From Candidatus Poribacteria bacterium (GTDB lineage: Bacteria > Poribacteria > WGA-4E > WGA-3G): a DNA stretch of 64,000 nt. The notes under the pieces were generated by a model, which was not told the origin of the DNA, did not search any database, and worked only from the letters and a program-made list of their open reading frames with translations. The DNA lies in the NCBI GenBank assembly GCA_964291315.2, contig OZ219753.1:1824001-1888000 (forward strand), written 5' to 3'. The position numbers and the translations under genes were made by a program. This document shows positions 51,257 to 61,182 of this stretch, piece by piece. Every line of letters begins with the position of its first letter. Within the stretch, counting starts at the first letter, position 1.

Positions 51257-51530
51257 CTTTCTACAACCTTTCCCGCTCGAAGGGAATCGAAACTACATTT
51301 AAGTTCTAAATTGTGTGAGTTGCGTGATATCTGGGTCATCGACTTTCCATAACCTTTCCCGCTCGAAGGGAATCGAAACAAGTAAAGTCAAATATTATGA
51401 ACGGCTCTCTGGATGTCTTTCCATAACCTTTCCCACTCGAAGGGAATCGAAACAATAAAAATAAAAAATATCCGCCAAGGCATGAAACACAAAATTTCCA
51501 CAGCCTTTCCCGCTCGAAGGGAATTAAAAT
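51257..51530 (+). CRISPR. CRISPR mini-array: four 37-bp repeats, three spacers (49, 37, 40 nt)
   Basis: Consensus CTTTCCATAACCTTTCCCGCTCGAAGGGAATCGAAAC at 51257, 51343, 51417 and degenerate 51494; TTCCC/GGGAA hairpin; 3' ATCGAAAC handle and degenerate last repeat give + orientation. Confidence 0.93.
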
Positions 51531-51899
51531 TAACAGGCAGCAATCAGTAAGCGGCAAAAGAGATGTGAGCCCCATACCCGCTTCTGATAGCTAACCTACT
51601 GACACCTTCCGTTTAATCAGAGCAGTCAATACGCACCCCTGAACCCCTCTTGACTCTCTTACCTTTGGCAGCCTGTCTGACATCTTCCACACTTCCGATA
51701 CATCCGAAAATTTAAATTAAAACAGATGACAAATAAATTCGTCTTAAGTAAAATAAATGAGGAATATTGAGTTCTTGTGTAGGTAGAACCTCCAAATTGT
51801 GCAAATAAAACGCAATTTGTCTCAGGCTCTTATTTCCTGACTACCGACCCTTAACCCATAACAACCGAAAACCGATGTTGAAAACAGGGAGATTTTACC

Positions 51900-53408
51900 A
51901 TGCAAACAAACCCACATTTAAGCAAGCACAGCAAACTGACCGACGCACAGATGCAGGATTTTATTGTAAATGGCTATCTTATAGTAAAAACCGATCTGCC
52001 GCGTAGTTTCCATGAAACCATCTATCGCAAAACACAAGAATACACGGAAAAAGAAGGAAATTTAGGCAACAATATCTTGCCACGCGTCCCCGAATTACAA
52101 GCTGTTTTCGAGGAACCCGCTGTCCGTGGCGCATTCGCTAGTATTCTAGGCGAGAATTACGCAATGCACTCACATCGACACCCACATCGCAACAACCCAC
52201 ACAGCAGCGGACAAGGATTCCATAAAGATAGCTATTGGGGATATCAGAAGGTGAGACACCACTGCCCACGATGGGCAATGGCGTTCTACTACCCGCAAGA
52301 CTCGCCCCTCGAAATCGGACCCTCGGCAGTCTTACCGGGCACACAGTACTACAACACGCGGATCACTAAAGATAACGACGGAGAACTGGGAATCAGCGGC
52401 GAAGCCGGGACAATAATCATTATTCATTTTGATCTCTGGCACCGCGCAATGGCGAACCAGACCGACAAAACCCGCTATATGATGAAATTTCAGTTCATTC
52501 GGATGGACGCACCACAAGCACCCGAATGGAACGTAATGGATCCACACTGGAAGCTAGAAGGCACGAATACGGCAACGCCCGCGCATCAAGGAACATGGCG
52601 GCACGTCTGGAATTGGATGGCAGGAAAACCCAACGCCGGTTCTGCACATCCAGCTAACGGACACCTGACCAAACACATCACAGCCCTGAACGATAATAAC
52701 GCGGATGTCCGCTCCCACGCCGCTGACGAATTGGGTATCTGCGGTGAAACCGCTGCAGAATCGATTCCACACCTCATCCACACACTCTCTGATGTTTATG
52801 AACCCGTCCGCCTGAATGCCGCGTACGCACTCGGGGCAATCGGCGCACCAGCTGTCCCCGCACTGATTGAGACACTCAAGGTTGAAGACCAAATCGTGCG
52901 ACGAATGGCCGCATACGCATTAGCAGCAGTTGGCGCGCCAGCTGTCCCCGCATTGAGTGAACATTTACAACACACCGAGGCTGCCGTTCGCGTCGAGGCC
53001 ACTTATGCTTTAGCACAAATAGGCAGCGCAGCCGAGCCTGCTGTTCCAACATTGATCGAGGGCATGAAAGATGAAGTCGTTGAAGTTCGCCGCTATATCG
53101 CGGAAGCTTTTGGCAGTCTCGGACCAGCAGCAGCACCTGCTGTCCCTGTCCTATGCGATATACTAGCTAGTGATGATGACGGACAAGCCCGCTTCGAAGC
53201 CGCATTAGCATTAGCACAGATCGGACCCGCGGCAAGCGACGCTGTGCCAATCCTAACTCGCGCTCTGACCGACGAAAACCGTTATGTCCGAGATAACGCC
53301 GTCCTTGCACTCAAACGGATTGATACACCAGAAGCCGAGGCCGCCCTGTTTGATTACCTACTCCTAGCTCGATGGTGTCCGATCACAAATCGAGAAAGCA
53401 CATTCTAA
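51900..53408 (+). CDS. Phytanoyl-CoA dioxygenase (PhyH) family domain fused to HEAT/PBS-lyase repeats
   Basis: F..NGYL, FHKD (HxD), VLPGT, DLWHRA; repeated VR..AAYAL..IG..AVPAL. Confidence 0.85.
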   Translation: MQTNPHLSKHSKLTDAQMQDFIVNGYLIVKTDLPRSFHETIYRKTQEYTEKEGNLGNNILPRVPELQAVFEEPAVRGAFASILGENYAMHSHRHPHRNNPHSSGQGFHKDSYWGYQKVRHHCPRWAMAFYYPQDSPLEIGPSAVLPGTQYYNTRITKDNDGELGISGEAGTIIIIHFDLWHRAMANQTDKTRYMMKFQFIRMDAPQAPEWNVMDPHWKLEGTNTATPAHQGTWRHVWNWMAGKPNAGSAHPANGHLTKHITALNDNNADVRSHAADELGICGETAAESIPHLIHTLSDVYEPVRLNAAYALGAIGAPAVPALIETLKVEDQIVRRMAAYALAAVGAPAVPALSEHLQHTEAAVRVEATYALAQIGSAAEPAVPTLIEGMKDEVVEVRRYIAEAFGSLGPAAAPAVPVLCDILASDDDGQARFEAALALAQIGPAASDAVPILTRALTDENRYVRDNAVLALKRIDTPEAEAALFDYLLLARWCPITNRESTF

Positions 53409-53813
53409 CAAACCTATATCCTCGTTCGAAATTTTCCAAAATCCACGGAGCCGCGGTTTATATATGAAGTAGCACCTAATTACTTATGCAAAGCGAAGAA
53501 GGTGCTGGATGCAAGCCGATCTTTCAGCACCCCCGGCTCCACCGGCTTACACGCCCATGTTTTCTAAGAGGTAGGCTACTCCCGAATTGACCGTGAATTG
53601 CCATTATTTACTTGACATAACTGATTAACCGCCCCGGGCCCAGACGACGCTAACTGATAGACGCACGCAGTCAAGTCAGAATTCGCAAACAGAAATAGGA
53701 ACCTATAGTCATTGTCAAAGACGGACAAATATACCGCCAACCGCACATGCACCCCTAATATCACCAGGGGCGGTTTTCCAATTTTGCGGTTTCTATAACA
53801 AAATTTAAATATT

Positions 53814-55418
53814 CTAAGGGTGCCGTTCACCCGCCTTCGGTTTAGCCTTAAAGGCGTTGGAATCCGGTCCAAAACGGATGTGGCGCCCCGCACCAGAGGC
53901 ATGCGCACGCCCGAAGAGCACACGTTTGATAAGCCAGAAAAGAACCGTCGTCCCTACCAGCACAACTATCCCCCAGATAGATGCCCGCCAAATCCAATCA
54001 TTGAACGAAAAAGCACGCCCTACCTGTTTTGGTACCAACTTTGGACCCACTGCCATCAGCGCGGTACACATAATCGCGTTGAGCGCAATCACCCCTTCTG
54101 TTACCAAGCGATGCGGACTGAAACCGACCAAAGCTCGTTCAAAGTTAAAGATAACCATCCACCATAGAAACACAAAGTAGAAAAGTTGCCCTTTTCCCAG
54201 CCAATTGGTTGGAATAAAAGCGAGCGGTTCTCGGAAATGTACTGTTAGAAGCCATACACAGACGATGCCGATGCCGATATAGAAAAGTTCAAACCATCCG
54301 ATCCATCCCCTTGAATGCCGAAACCAACCGACGACAGGCAGCCCGAAGAATCGTGCGGGTAAGTCTTCAACCCGATCCACCCACGTTCCCGCGCTCTTTC
54401 TATAATTGAGATACGTTAAAACAATAAGCAGGCAAAATACAGCGAATATCTCTACCCACTGTGGAAAATTCGGATCGGTCTCTAAGGCAGGCGTCCGATG
54501 TATCAGAAGACCAAACGTCACCGCAATTCCGAGCCCGAAAAGCAACCCTTGTGTCTGCTCCATAATACTATGCCAATTCGTTTGGAGCCCTGTCCGGATA
54601 CAGATGAGTTTCAATAGCTGTCCCAAAGAAAACGCAACGCCCCCGGCGAAACCGGTCATCAAGGTTGCAAAAGCCACACCGCCCAGCTCGTAACGCCAAC
54701 AGTACCCCAAAACTCCGATGACCATGCCCACACAGCCCGACCAGTTATCTCCGCGCGGTGGAGTCATGCGGAGCTTGAAAACGTTCACCAATAGCAAAAA
54801 CCCGCCGAACCAGCCGACACCCATATAGATAACAAGCGAGGTAGCCATATCTAAACGCCCGCGGACAAGCGCTACAATAAGCGCAGCTACTATCGCTACC
54901 AATGCTGCTATCCAGTCCGTATCATACCAATAGATCGGGCTCTCGTGCCGCTGCATCTGTTTTGGTACAAGAACTCGATCGATAATCACCGCTTGGAGAG
55001 ACCATCCCGTGAACACAGCGGCAATCGGGACAAAAAATAGGGATAACTGCGTATCCGTCAAAAACGCCGGCAGCGCAGTGCCCGCACCACCGAGAGCTGC
55101 CCACAAAAAACCGATAGCAAATAGGTTCGCGAACCCGTAAAAAACAGTCAGCGAGTGCGGAGAGTGACTATACCCCACGACCATCATGTACGACATACTG
55201 CCACCAAAAGACCACCCTATCGCACCGAACAACGCAAAGTAGTGGACATGCCGCCACCAATCCTCTCGTCCAGAGAGCAAAACGATTGCCATCGCTGCGA
55301 GCGCACCCGGAAGAGCCGCCCCGTATTCATGCCCAAAGTTACCACGTATCCCCCAACCGACGCACACAGACAAACCACATAGAATCACCATCTCCCACGG
55401 AATAAGTGCTGTATCCAT
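53814..55418 (-). CDS. Polytopic membrane protein of unknown function
   Basis: Many TM segments; GWGIRGNFGHEYGA, FGGSMSY, RGDNW, NWHSIMEQ..G motifs; GGAGG RBS. Confidence 0.7.
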   Translation of the reverse strand: MDTALIPWEMVILCGLSVCVGWGIRGNFGHEYGAALPGALAAMAIVLLSGREDWWRHVHYFALFGAIGWSFGGSMSYMMVVGYSHSPHSLTVFYGFANLFAIGFLWAALGGAGTALPAFLTDTQLSLFFVPIAAVFTGWSLQAVIIDRVLVPKQMQRHESPIYWYDTDWIAALVAIVAALIVALVRGRLDMATSLVIYMGVGWFGGFLLLVNVFKLRMTPPRGDNWSGCVGMVIGVLGYCWRYELGGVAFATLMTGFAGGVAFSLGQLLKLICIRTGLQTNWHSIMEQTQGLLFGLGIAVTFGLLIHRTPALETDPNFPQWVEIFAVFCLLIVLTYLNYRKSAGTWVDRVEDLPARFFGLPVVGWFRHSRGWIGWFELFYIGIGIVCVWLLTVHFREPLAFIPTNWLGKGQLFYFVFLWWMVIFNFERALVGFSPHRLVTEGVIALNAIMCTALMAVGPKLVPKQVGRAFSFNDWIWRASIWGIVVLVGTTVLFWLIKRVLFGRAHASGAGRHIRFGPDSNAFKAKPKAGERHP

Positions 55419-55641
55419 TCCATAACCTCCACTTTAATGCCGATTTTGTTGCTCTATTATGCAGGTTTTCAGATGTATTGTCAAATTCTCACTACATAAA
55501 CCCTCTTGTAGGATAGAATCCTAAAATCCGGACCTTCGATCCCTGATTAATACCACCTACCTAAAACTACGCATTGCACCTATTTCCTGTCCATGATACG
55601 ATAAAGGCATATAGAAGTGTTATCAACTGGAGGCAGAACCC

Positions 55642-56739
55642 ATGAGTCGTATACGGATAGGTGTTATCGGGTGTGGTGCAATCGCCCAGGTACATCATCT
55701 CCCGAATCTGACCGCACTCCATCGGGAATTTGAAGTGCCGATCGTTTGTGACATCTCCCACAAGGCTGCAAAAGCCGCCGCAAAACGATTCCACGTCCCA
55801 CGCTTCGTTAAGGATTACACCGAGCTGCTGCACACAGATGTGGATGCCGTTCTCTTATGCCACAGTGACCCAAAAACAGAAGTCGCACTCGCTGCATTTG
55901 CAGCTCGGAAGCATGTCTTTATCGAAAAACCAGTCTGTTTTTCCCTTCAAGAAATAGACGCAATGTTAACTGCACAACGTAAAACCGGGACCGTCGCACA
56001 AGCCGGTTATATGAAGGTGCACGACCCCGCTTTCCAAATCGCCAAGCGCGAAGTCGACAGAATGGAAAGTTACCGCTTCGTCCAGATTAACCATCTCCAT
56101 CCAAATAATAGTCTGCACCTGAGCCAATTTGACGTCGAACGGTTTAACGACATACCCCCTGAAGCATTTAAGACAACAGCGAAGGCACGAAATAGAGCAC
56201 GCTCACAAGCAATAGGCAACGTCTCACCAGAAGCCCAAAGAGCCTTCTTCTTACTCTCAGGCAGCCTGATCCATGACATCTATAGTCTACGAGTGATGCT
56301 CGGCTCACCAAGCGAGGTAATTAGCGCAGAGGTCTGGTCGGAAGGGCGCGCAATGAGCATCGTGTTCGCTTACCCGAACGGAGCACGTTGCGTCGCTACA
56401 TGGGTGGACCTGCCTGATCTCTGGGATTTTAGAGAGACACTGGAAATCTACGGCGACAACAAGCGCGTCATAGTATCTTATCCAACAGGTTTTTCACGGG
56501 GGATCTTGTCAGAGGTAACAATACACGGCATAGATACCGACGGCACAACATATACGAAAACACCCGCAGTTGAATGGGAGAGCCCGTTTGTGCGCGAGCT
56601 GCGCCACTTCCATGCATGCATTACCCAAAATGAGACATGTTATACCTCACTCGAATCTGCACGCAACGATATTGCCTTAATTATTGATATTGTGCGGTGT
56701 TATGTGCGGCAGGAGTCCGTTGTCTGCACATCAGCATAG
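55642..56739 (+). CDS. Gfo/Idh/MocA family oxidoreductase
   Basis: IGVIGCGAIA, KHVFIEKP, IHD. Confidence 0.9.
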   Translation: MSRIRIGVIGCGAIAQVHHLPNLTALHREFEVPIVCDISHKAAKAAAKRFHVPRFVKDYTELLHTDVDAVLLCHSDPKTEVALAAFAARKHVFIEKPVCFSLQEIDAMLTAQRKTGTVAQAGYMKVHDPAFQIAKREVDRMESYRFVQINHLHPNNSLHLSQFDVERFNDIPPEAFKTTAKARNRARSQAIGNVSPEAQRAFFLLSGSLIHDIYSLRVMLGSPSEVISAEVWSEGRAMSIVFAYPNGARCVATWVDLPDLWDFRETLEIYGDNKRVIVSYPTGFSRGILSEVTIHGIDTDGTTYTKTPAVEWESPFVRELRHFHACITQNETCYTSLESARNDIALIIDIVRCYVRQESVVCTSA

Positions 56740-56762
56740 TCTGTTGTCCACACACACTGAAA

Positions 56763-56788
56763 AAGGGCAGGTCCAATGACCTGCCCTT
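56763..56788. terminator. Hairpin between convergent genes, likely terminator
   Basis: AAGGGCAGGTC-CAAT-GACCTGCCCTT, perfect 11-bp stem. Confidence 0.65.
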
Positions 56789-56804
56789 GTAACTGGACCC
56801 GGAA

Positions 56805-58772
56805 TTACTCTTCTTCCACGGGTTCTGCGGGCTCCATCGGGGCCTCACCCATCCCTTCACCTTTTATCATGACTGTGGTAGCTTTAGAACCCGTCACAAT
56901 AAAACCGTTAAGAGTGAGTTCTACTTCAACCGGTTCAGGTTGTTCAAACTCTTCCAGATCCCCTAATTCGGGTGGTGGACCCGCCGGCATCTCGCCATCC
57001 TCCTCACCCTCTCCGGGGGGCAGATCTAATGGGAATCCTGAGAAGTCGCCAAAGCCTGCAGGCGATAGGGTTACCGTGATTAGACCCGGATCTACCTGGC
57101 CTTCTTTCATCTGTTTGATGAGGTCATCCAACGTTTGTGGAACCTTCCTTTCCTCTTCTCCATCAAAGTCCTCGAAACCAAATTCAAAATCTTGAACAGC
57201 ATCAGACAGAAATCCGCCCAATCCTCCGCTGAATTCGTTTCCAGAAACATTAATAGCGGCTTCACCAATCGGGAAATCCTCTGGAACCTCAAGTATAACC
57301 TCTCTCCGAATCGTTCGATCAGTCCCAGCAACGCTCCAATGCGGGACTAAGACGATGGAAACAGATGTACTCTCACCCGGTAAGATCTCCTCAGAGACGA
57401 TAACCTCGGCGATTTCCGCTTGGGCAATCTGTGGTTTGTCCGTGATAACAATTGACACCCCTTTCAATGTGGCCTTGCCCGCACTGTTTGCAAGTGTATC
57501 AGTGAAGGAATTGACAATCTGAGATACACTCGTCAACACGTCAGAAGAGGCATCCGTCGTCGTTTGCCGAAACGATTCCGTATAGACCGTATCGGTTTCA
57601 TGGAATTGCAGCGTGACCGTTGCTTCTATCGTACTATTGCTGGTCTCCATCCGAAGAGCAGCCAACGTAGTTCCAGCAACCGTCGAAATGAACAATTCCT
57701 GACCGTAAGCCACCTGATGATGTTTTTCTATCGGTGCTTCACTGTTCGCCGGATGGTAAGAGACCTTGACAGGAATCATGGAGGGCGGGGCACCCAATTC
57801 ACCGACAGTCCCAGGGAGAAGATCTTTTGTTAGCCTTCCAATGGGTTTACCATAAATTGAGACAGATTTGTTGGACGCCGCATAGCTCGGAACAATGCCA
57901 TTAACGACCGCTCTATATACCGGTAACGAGGATTTACCATTGCCGAAAAGTGAATGCCCAAACGCTAAAAATGTATCACCAGATACCTGAGTCACAGTTC
58001 CAAAGCCTGTTGCGTTGACAATATCCCCTGTTACTAAGGCGACACCAATCATATCCCCGGGGGCAAGATCCGATGAAGTTCCCGGTGGAGGAGCAGCTGC
58101 CACACCGTTAATATCAGCGAACAATTCAACGAAATGATAACGAGAATCAGCGAAATATGACGACAGCTCTTGAATTCTGTGCGGCTGTACACCCGTAATC
58201 ATCACAGGCGTTTTTACCGGGGCGTAAGTCGCACGGAGACCCGGAGCAGCAGGTATCGTTCCTTCCACAAGCAGATCCCCAAGCGTCTGGTGGTTTACCA
58301 TCGCCTCCATCGCATCGATGGATGTTACCCAAAATCGTGTCGGGGCCTTCGAAAAATTGCTACCATAAGCAAGCGCACCCATAATACGGCCAGGCGGACC
58401 CACAGGGCTACCTGACATGCCTCCGGCAATGCCGCCCATCGCTTCAACCGATTCATCCATCAGCTCACATTCGTAAAGTGGAAAGCCGAAGCCGAAATCT
58501 CTAACCCCACGGAACCGGGCCTCAAGCACGACCCTGCTCGTTCCCTCAAGCACGGTGACTATTTGAACGGGTGTTTTATCTACCAGTTTTCGGGCTTCAT
58601 CTTCATACATATTTTCTAAGACCACACCACCCAGTAGAGGCGCAGCGTTTAACCCTGTTATAAGTTCTTCCGCAACAGGATTTTCAATCTCTGTCTGTTC
58701 TTCGTCAGGAGAGCAGCTCCATTGGCAGAAAGTAACAATAGCAAGACCTGCCAACACAAAAAAGAATCTCAT
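56805..58772 (-). CDS. Exported SpoIVB-like peptidase S55 domain protein
   Basis: GIAGGMSGSPV...GALAYG, GTVT.V......AFGH; signal/lipoprotein-like N-terminus; GGAGG RBS before ATG 58772. Confidence 0.8.
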   Translation of the reverse strand: MRFFFVLAGLAIVTFCQWSCSPDEEQTEIENPVAEELITGLNAAPLLGGVVLENMYEDEARKLVDKTPVQIVTVLEGTSRVVLEARFRGVRDFGFGFPLYECELMDESVEAMGGIAGGMSGSPVGPPGRIMGALAYGSNFSKAPTRFWVTSIDAMEAMVNHQTLGDLLVEGTIPAAPGLRATYAPVKTPVMITGVQPHRIQELSSYFADSRYHFVELFADINGVAAAPPPGTSSDLAPGDMIGVALVTGDIVNATGFGTVTQVSGDTFLAFGHSLFGNGKSSLPVYRAVVNGIVPSYAASNKSVSIYGKPIGRLTKDLLPGTVGELGAPPSMIPVKVSYHPANSEAPIEKHHQVAYGQELFISTVAGTTLAALRMETSNSTIEATVTLQFHETDTVYTESFRQTTTDASSDVLTSVSQIVNSFTDTLANSAGKATLKGVSIVITDKPQIAQAEIAEVIVSEEILPGESTSVSIVLVPHWSVAGTDRTIRREVILEVPEDFPIGEAAINVSGNEFSGGLGGFLSDAVQDFEFGFEDFDGEEERKVPQTLDDLIKQMKEGQVDPGLITVTLSPAGFGDFSGFPLDLPPGEGEEDGEMPAGPPPELGDLEEFEQPEPVEVELTLNGFIVTGSKATTVMIKGEGMGEAPMEPAEPVEEE

Positions 58773-59205
58773 TGGTGTTCCTCCAGAATAGAGTTGCATT
58801 TATCTGTTTTGTTATTTGTTATAGCGTTGCGATTTACACAACTTTCATAATAGGTTGTTTTGTGAAGATGACGGCGCGTGAAACATGTAAAAAGATCCGC
58901 CCATCATATACCCAACGACGCTATCTATTAGAATTAGACAGGTTCCACAAAGTATCGAGATGCTTTGTGAATCGCTGTCTTGAATTTGGGAGAAGTAACC
59001 CTATCGCAAAAATAACAGTGTACGCCACAAAGTGGACACCGTTTTATTCTTATGTCAAACCCACATGAATTAATGCAGGTCAACACAAGTCTGCTTGCAA
59101 ACTTAAAAAAACATCTACACTATGATAACGCTATTCAAAATTAAAAGATTACATTCAAAAAAAAGATCAAAAAATCTCACTTACAACCTAAAGAAATTGC
59201 TGGAA

Positions 59206-59970
59206 TTACCATGCAACCCAACCGCCATCGACTGCGATTGTTTGTCCGGTCACCCAATTCGCTGCATCTGAGGCCAAGAACAACACCGCACCAACAACCT
59301 CGTCTACTTCACCGACGCGGCCCATCGGAATGCGCCGGATAACTTCTTCATAGAATTCTTTGCGTTGTAAAAGCACATCCGCGAGCGGAGTGCGTGTAAA
59401 CGCCGGCGCAACAGCATTCACTGTGACGTTATGTGGAGCCCATTCAACAGCGAGCCCTTTCGTCAGCAACACGACACCCCCTTTGCTACCCGAGTACGCA
59501 GTCCGTAGGGGCCCACCAACCAATCCCATCGTCGAGGAAATATTGATAATCTTGCCGCTTTCCCGCTCTATCATCGGTTTGACAAGCGTCTGTGTCAGAA
59601 AGAACAACCCTTTCAGATTAAGATCGTAGATTGCATCCCAATCTTCTTCAGTCAGTTCAAGTGCGGGTTTCGGGCGGTTCGTGCCAGCATTATTTACAAG
59701 GACATCCACTCTGCCCCATACATCAAGCGCTTCTCGTGCACCGTTAGCAATCTGCGCCATATCACTCACATCAAATACGACAGCCTCTGCCTCACCGCCG
59801 TTGCTACGAATCTCGCTGGCAACCTCCTCAAGATCAGAAGGCGTGCGGCTGTTCAAAATGACTTTTGCCCCCATCTGTGCAGCCGCTATCGCTATGCCTC
59901 TACCGATACCTTTTCCGGAACCGGTCACCAACATCACTCTCTCTTTCAACTCAAAACCTGGAAACGCCAT
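59206..59970 (-). CDS. Short-chain dehydrogenase/reductase
   Basis: TGSGKGIG, NNAG, YSGSK, VDGG. Confidence 0.93.
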   Translation of the reverse strand: MAFPGFELKERVMLVTGSGKGIGRGIAIAAAQMGAKVILNSRTPSDLEEVASEIRSNGGEAEAVVFDVSDMAQIANGAREALDVWGRVDVLVNNAGTNRPKPALELTEEDWDAIYDLNLKGLFFLTQTLVKPMIERESGKIINISSTMGLVGGPLRTAYSGSKGGVVLLTKGLAVEWAPHNVTVNAVAPAFTRTPLADVLLQRKEFYEEVIRRIPMGRVGEVDEVVGAVLFLASDAANWVTGQTIAVDGGWVAW

Positions 59971-59973
59971 ATT

Positions 59974-60807
59974 TTAACCTCCAATCGCTAATTTCAAGGT
60001 ATTTGCTAATAACATTGCTCGCGTCATCGGGCCCACTCCTCCTGGAACAGGCGTGATAAACCCCGCGACCTCTTTAACTTCCTCAAATTTGACATCCCCC
60101 ACAGCGCGCCCATTCATATGGTTGGTGCCGACATCAATCACTATAGCCCCCGGTTTCACCATATCCGCAGTGATGAACTCAGCACTGCCGATAGCCACAA
60201 TCAGTAAGTCCGCCTTTCGCGTCTGTTCCGCGAGGTCCGGCGTTCGGGAGTGACAATAGGTAACAGTGGCGTTACGGTTCAGGAGCATTAAACCCACCGG
60301 TTTTCCAACGAGGGGACTCCTGCCGACACACACTGCGTACTTGCCCTCAATTCTCTCACCACTCAGATCAATTAGACGGATAATCCCAGTCGGCGTGCAA
60401 GGGGTTACACCCTCACGGTTGAGGAGGAGATTCCCTAAATTGACAGGATTCAGACCGTCTGCGTCCTTAACGGGACTGATCCTATCAATCACAATTTCCT
60501 TATCAATGCCGTCTGGCAGCGGGAGTTGCACCAGGATCCCGTGGATATCCGATCGCGCATTCAAGCTTTCAATGTGTTGGATGAGTGTGCTTTGACTCAC
60601 ATCTGCCGGTAGACAATGGACTTCGGAATGAAAATGGACCCGCTCACAATCCCGTTGTTTGTATTTGATATAGAGCGTGGACGCCGGGTCCGCCCCTACT
60701 TGGACAACAGCGAGCCCAGGCGTGAATGTCAAGCTCTTTAACTTCCTCCGGATCTGACTCCGGATCTGCTTCGCAAGACGAGTGCCATTAAGGAGTACGG
60801 CTGACAA
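59974..60807 (-). CDS. folD: Methylenetetrahydrofolate dehydrogenase/cyclohydrolase
   Basis: GILVQLPLP, KDADG, PCTP.G, GRS..VGKP, ITPVPGGVGPMT. Confidence 0.96.
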   Translation of the reverse strand: MSAVLLNGTRLAKQIRSQIRRKLKSLTFTPGLAVVQVGADPASTLYIKYKQRDCERVHFHSEVHCLPADVSQSTLIQHIESLNARSDIHGILVQLPLPDGIDKEIVIDRISPVKDADGLNPVNLGNLLLNREGVTPCTPTGIIRLIDLSGERIEGKYAVCVGRSPLVGKPVGLMLLNRNATVTYCHSRTPDLAEQTRKADLLIVAIGSAEFITADMVKPGAIVIDVGTNHMNGRAVGDVKFEEVKEVAGFITPVPGGVGPMTRAMLLANTLKLAIGG

Positions 60808-61182
60808 ATCCGTTTCCCTCCAGTTTATAGGTCTTTACTAAATTGACTGAATTGCAGCACAAAGTAATCCGACGGACCTTTATACATTCAATTCCACATT
60901 TCATATTAGCTATTATAGCATACTATCCATGCCCGATGCACAGGTTTTTCTCGATAAATAGCTCAATGAACCTACCCGAATACCATCTCTCATTTGGTCA
61001 ACAACCCCGCGCGTCGATGTGAAATGATGTCAATTTTTTAAAAATTACACGATTTTTAACCCATCTGTGCTACAATGCCCCATATCCATTTCGACACAAA
61101 TTGGGGTTTTAATTGTTCATTGATGCGTTCTGAAATAACATCTCCGCATCCCTTTTTTCAACAAAAAACCTAAGGAGTAAAA

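Noticed and set aside
51380-51416. Spacer 2 reverse complement matching TCCAGAGAGC near 55269
   Set aside because: A 10-bp match is expected by chance, and the orientation would not target that mRNA
51454-51493. Spacer 3 self-targeting the neighbouring 2-TM gene (near 50915-50950)
   Set aside because: Only gapped, A-rich similarity, compatible with chance
51199-51575. Minus-strand ORFs with repeated FRFPSSGKGYGK
   Set aside because: Translations of the CRISPR repeats
36134-53600. CRISPR-Cas region as an island integrated at tRNA-Ile2/Val
   Set aside because: No integrase, and I found no duplicated tRNA 3' end downstream
56805-58772. Evidence of sporulation from the SpoIVB-like peptidase
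   Set aside because: S55 domains occur in non-sporulating diderms, and this genome encodes outer-membrane proteins
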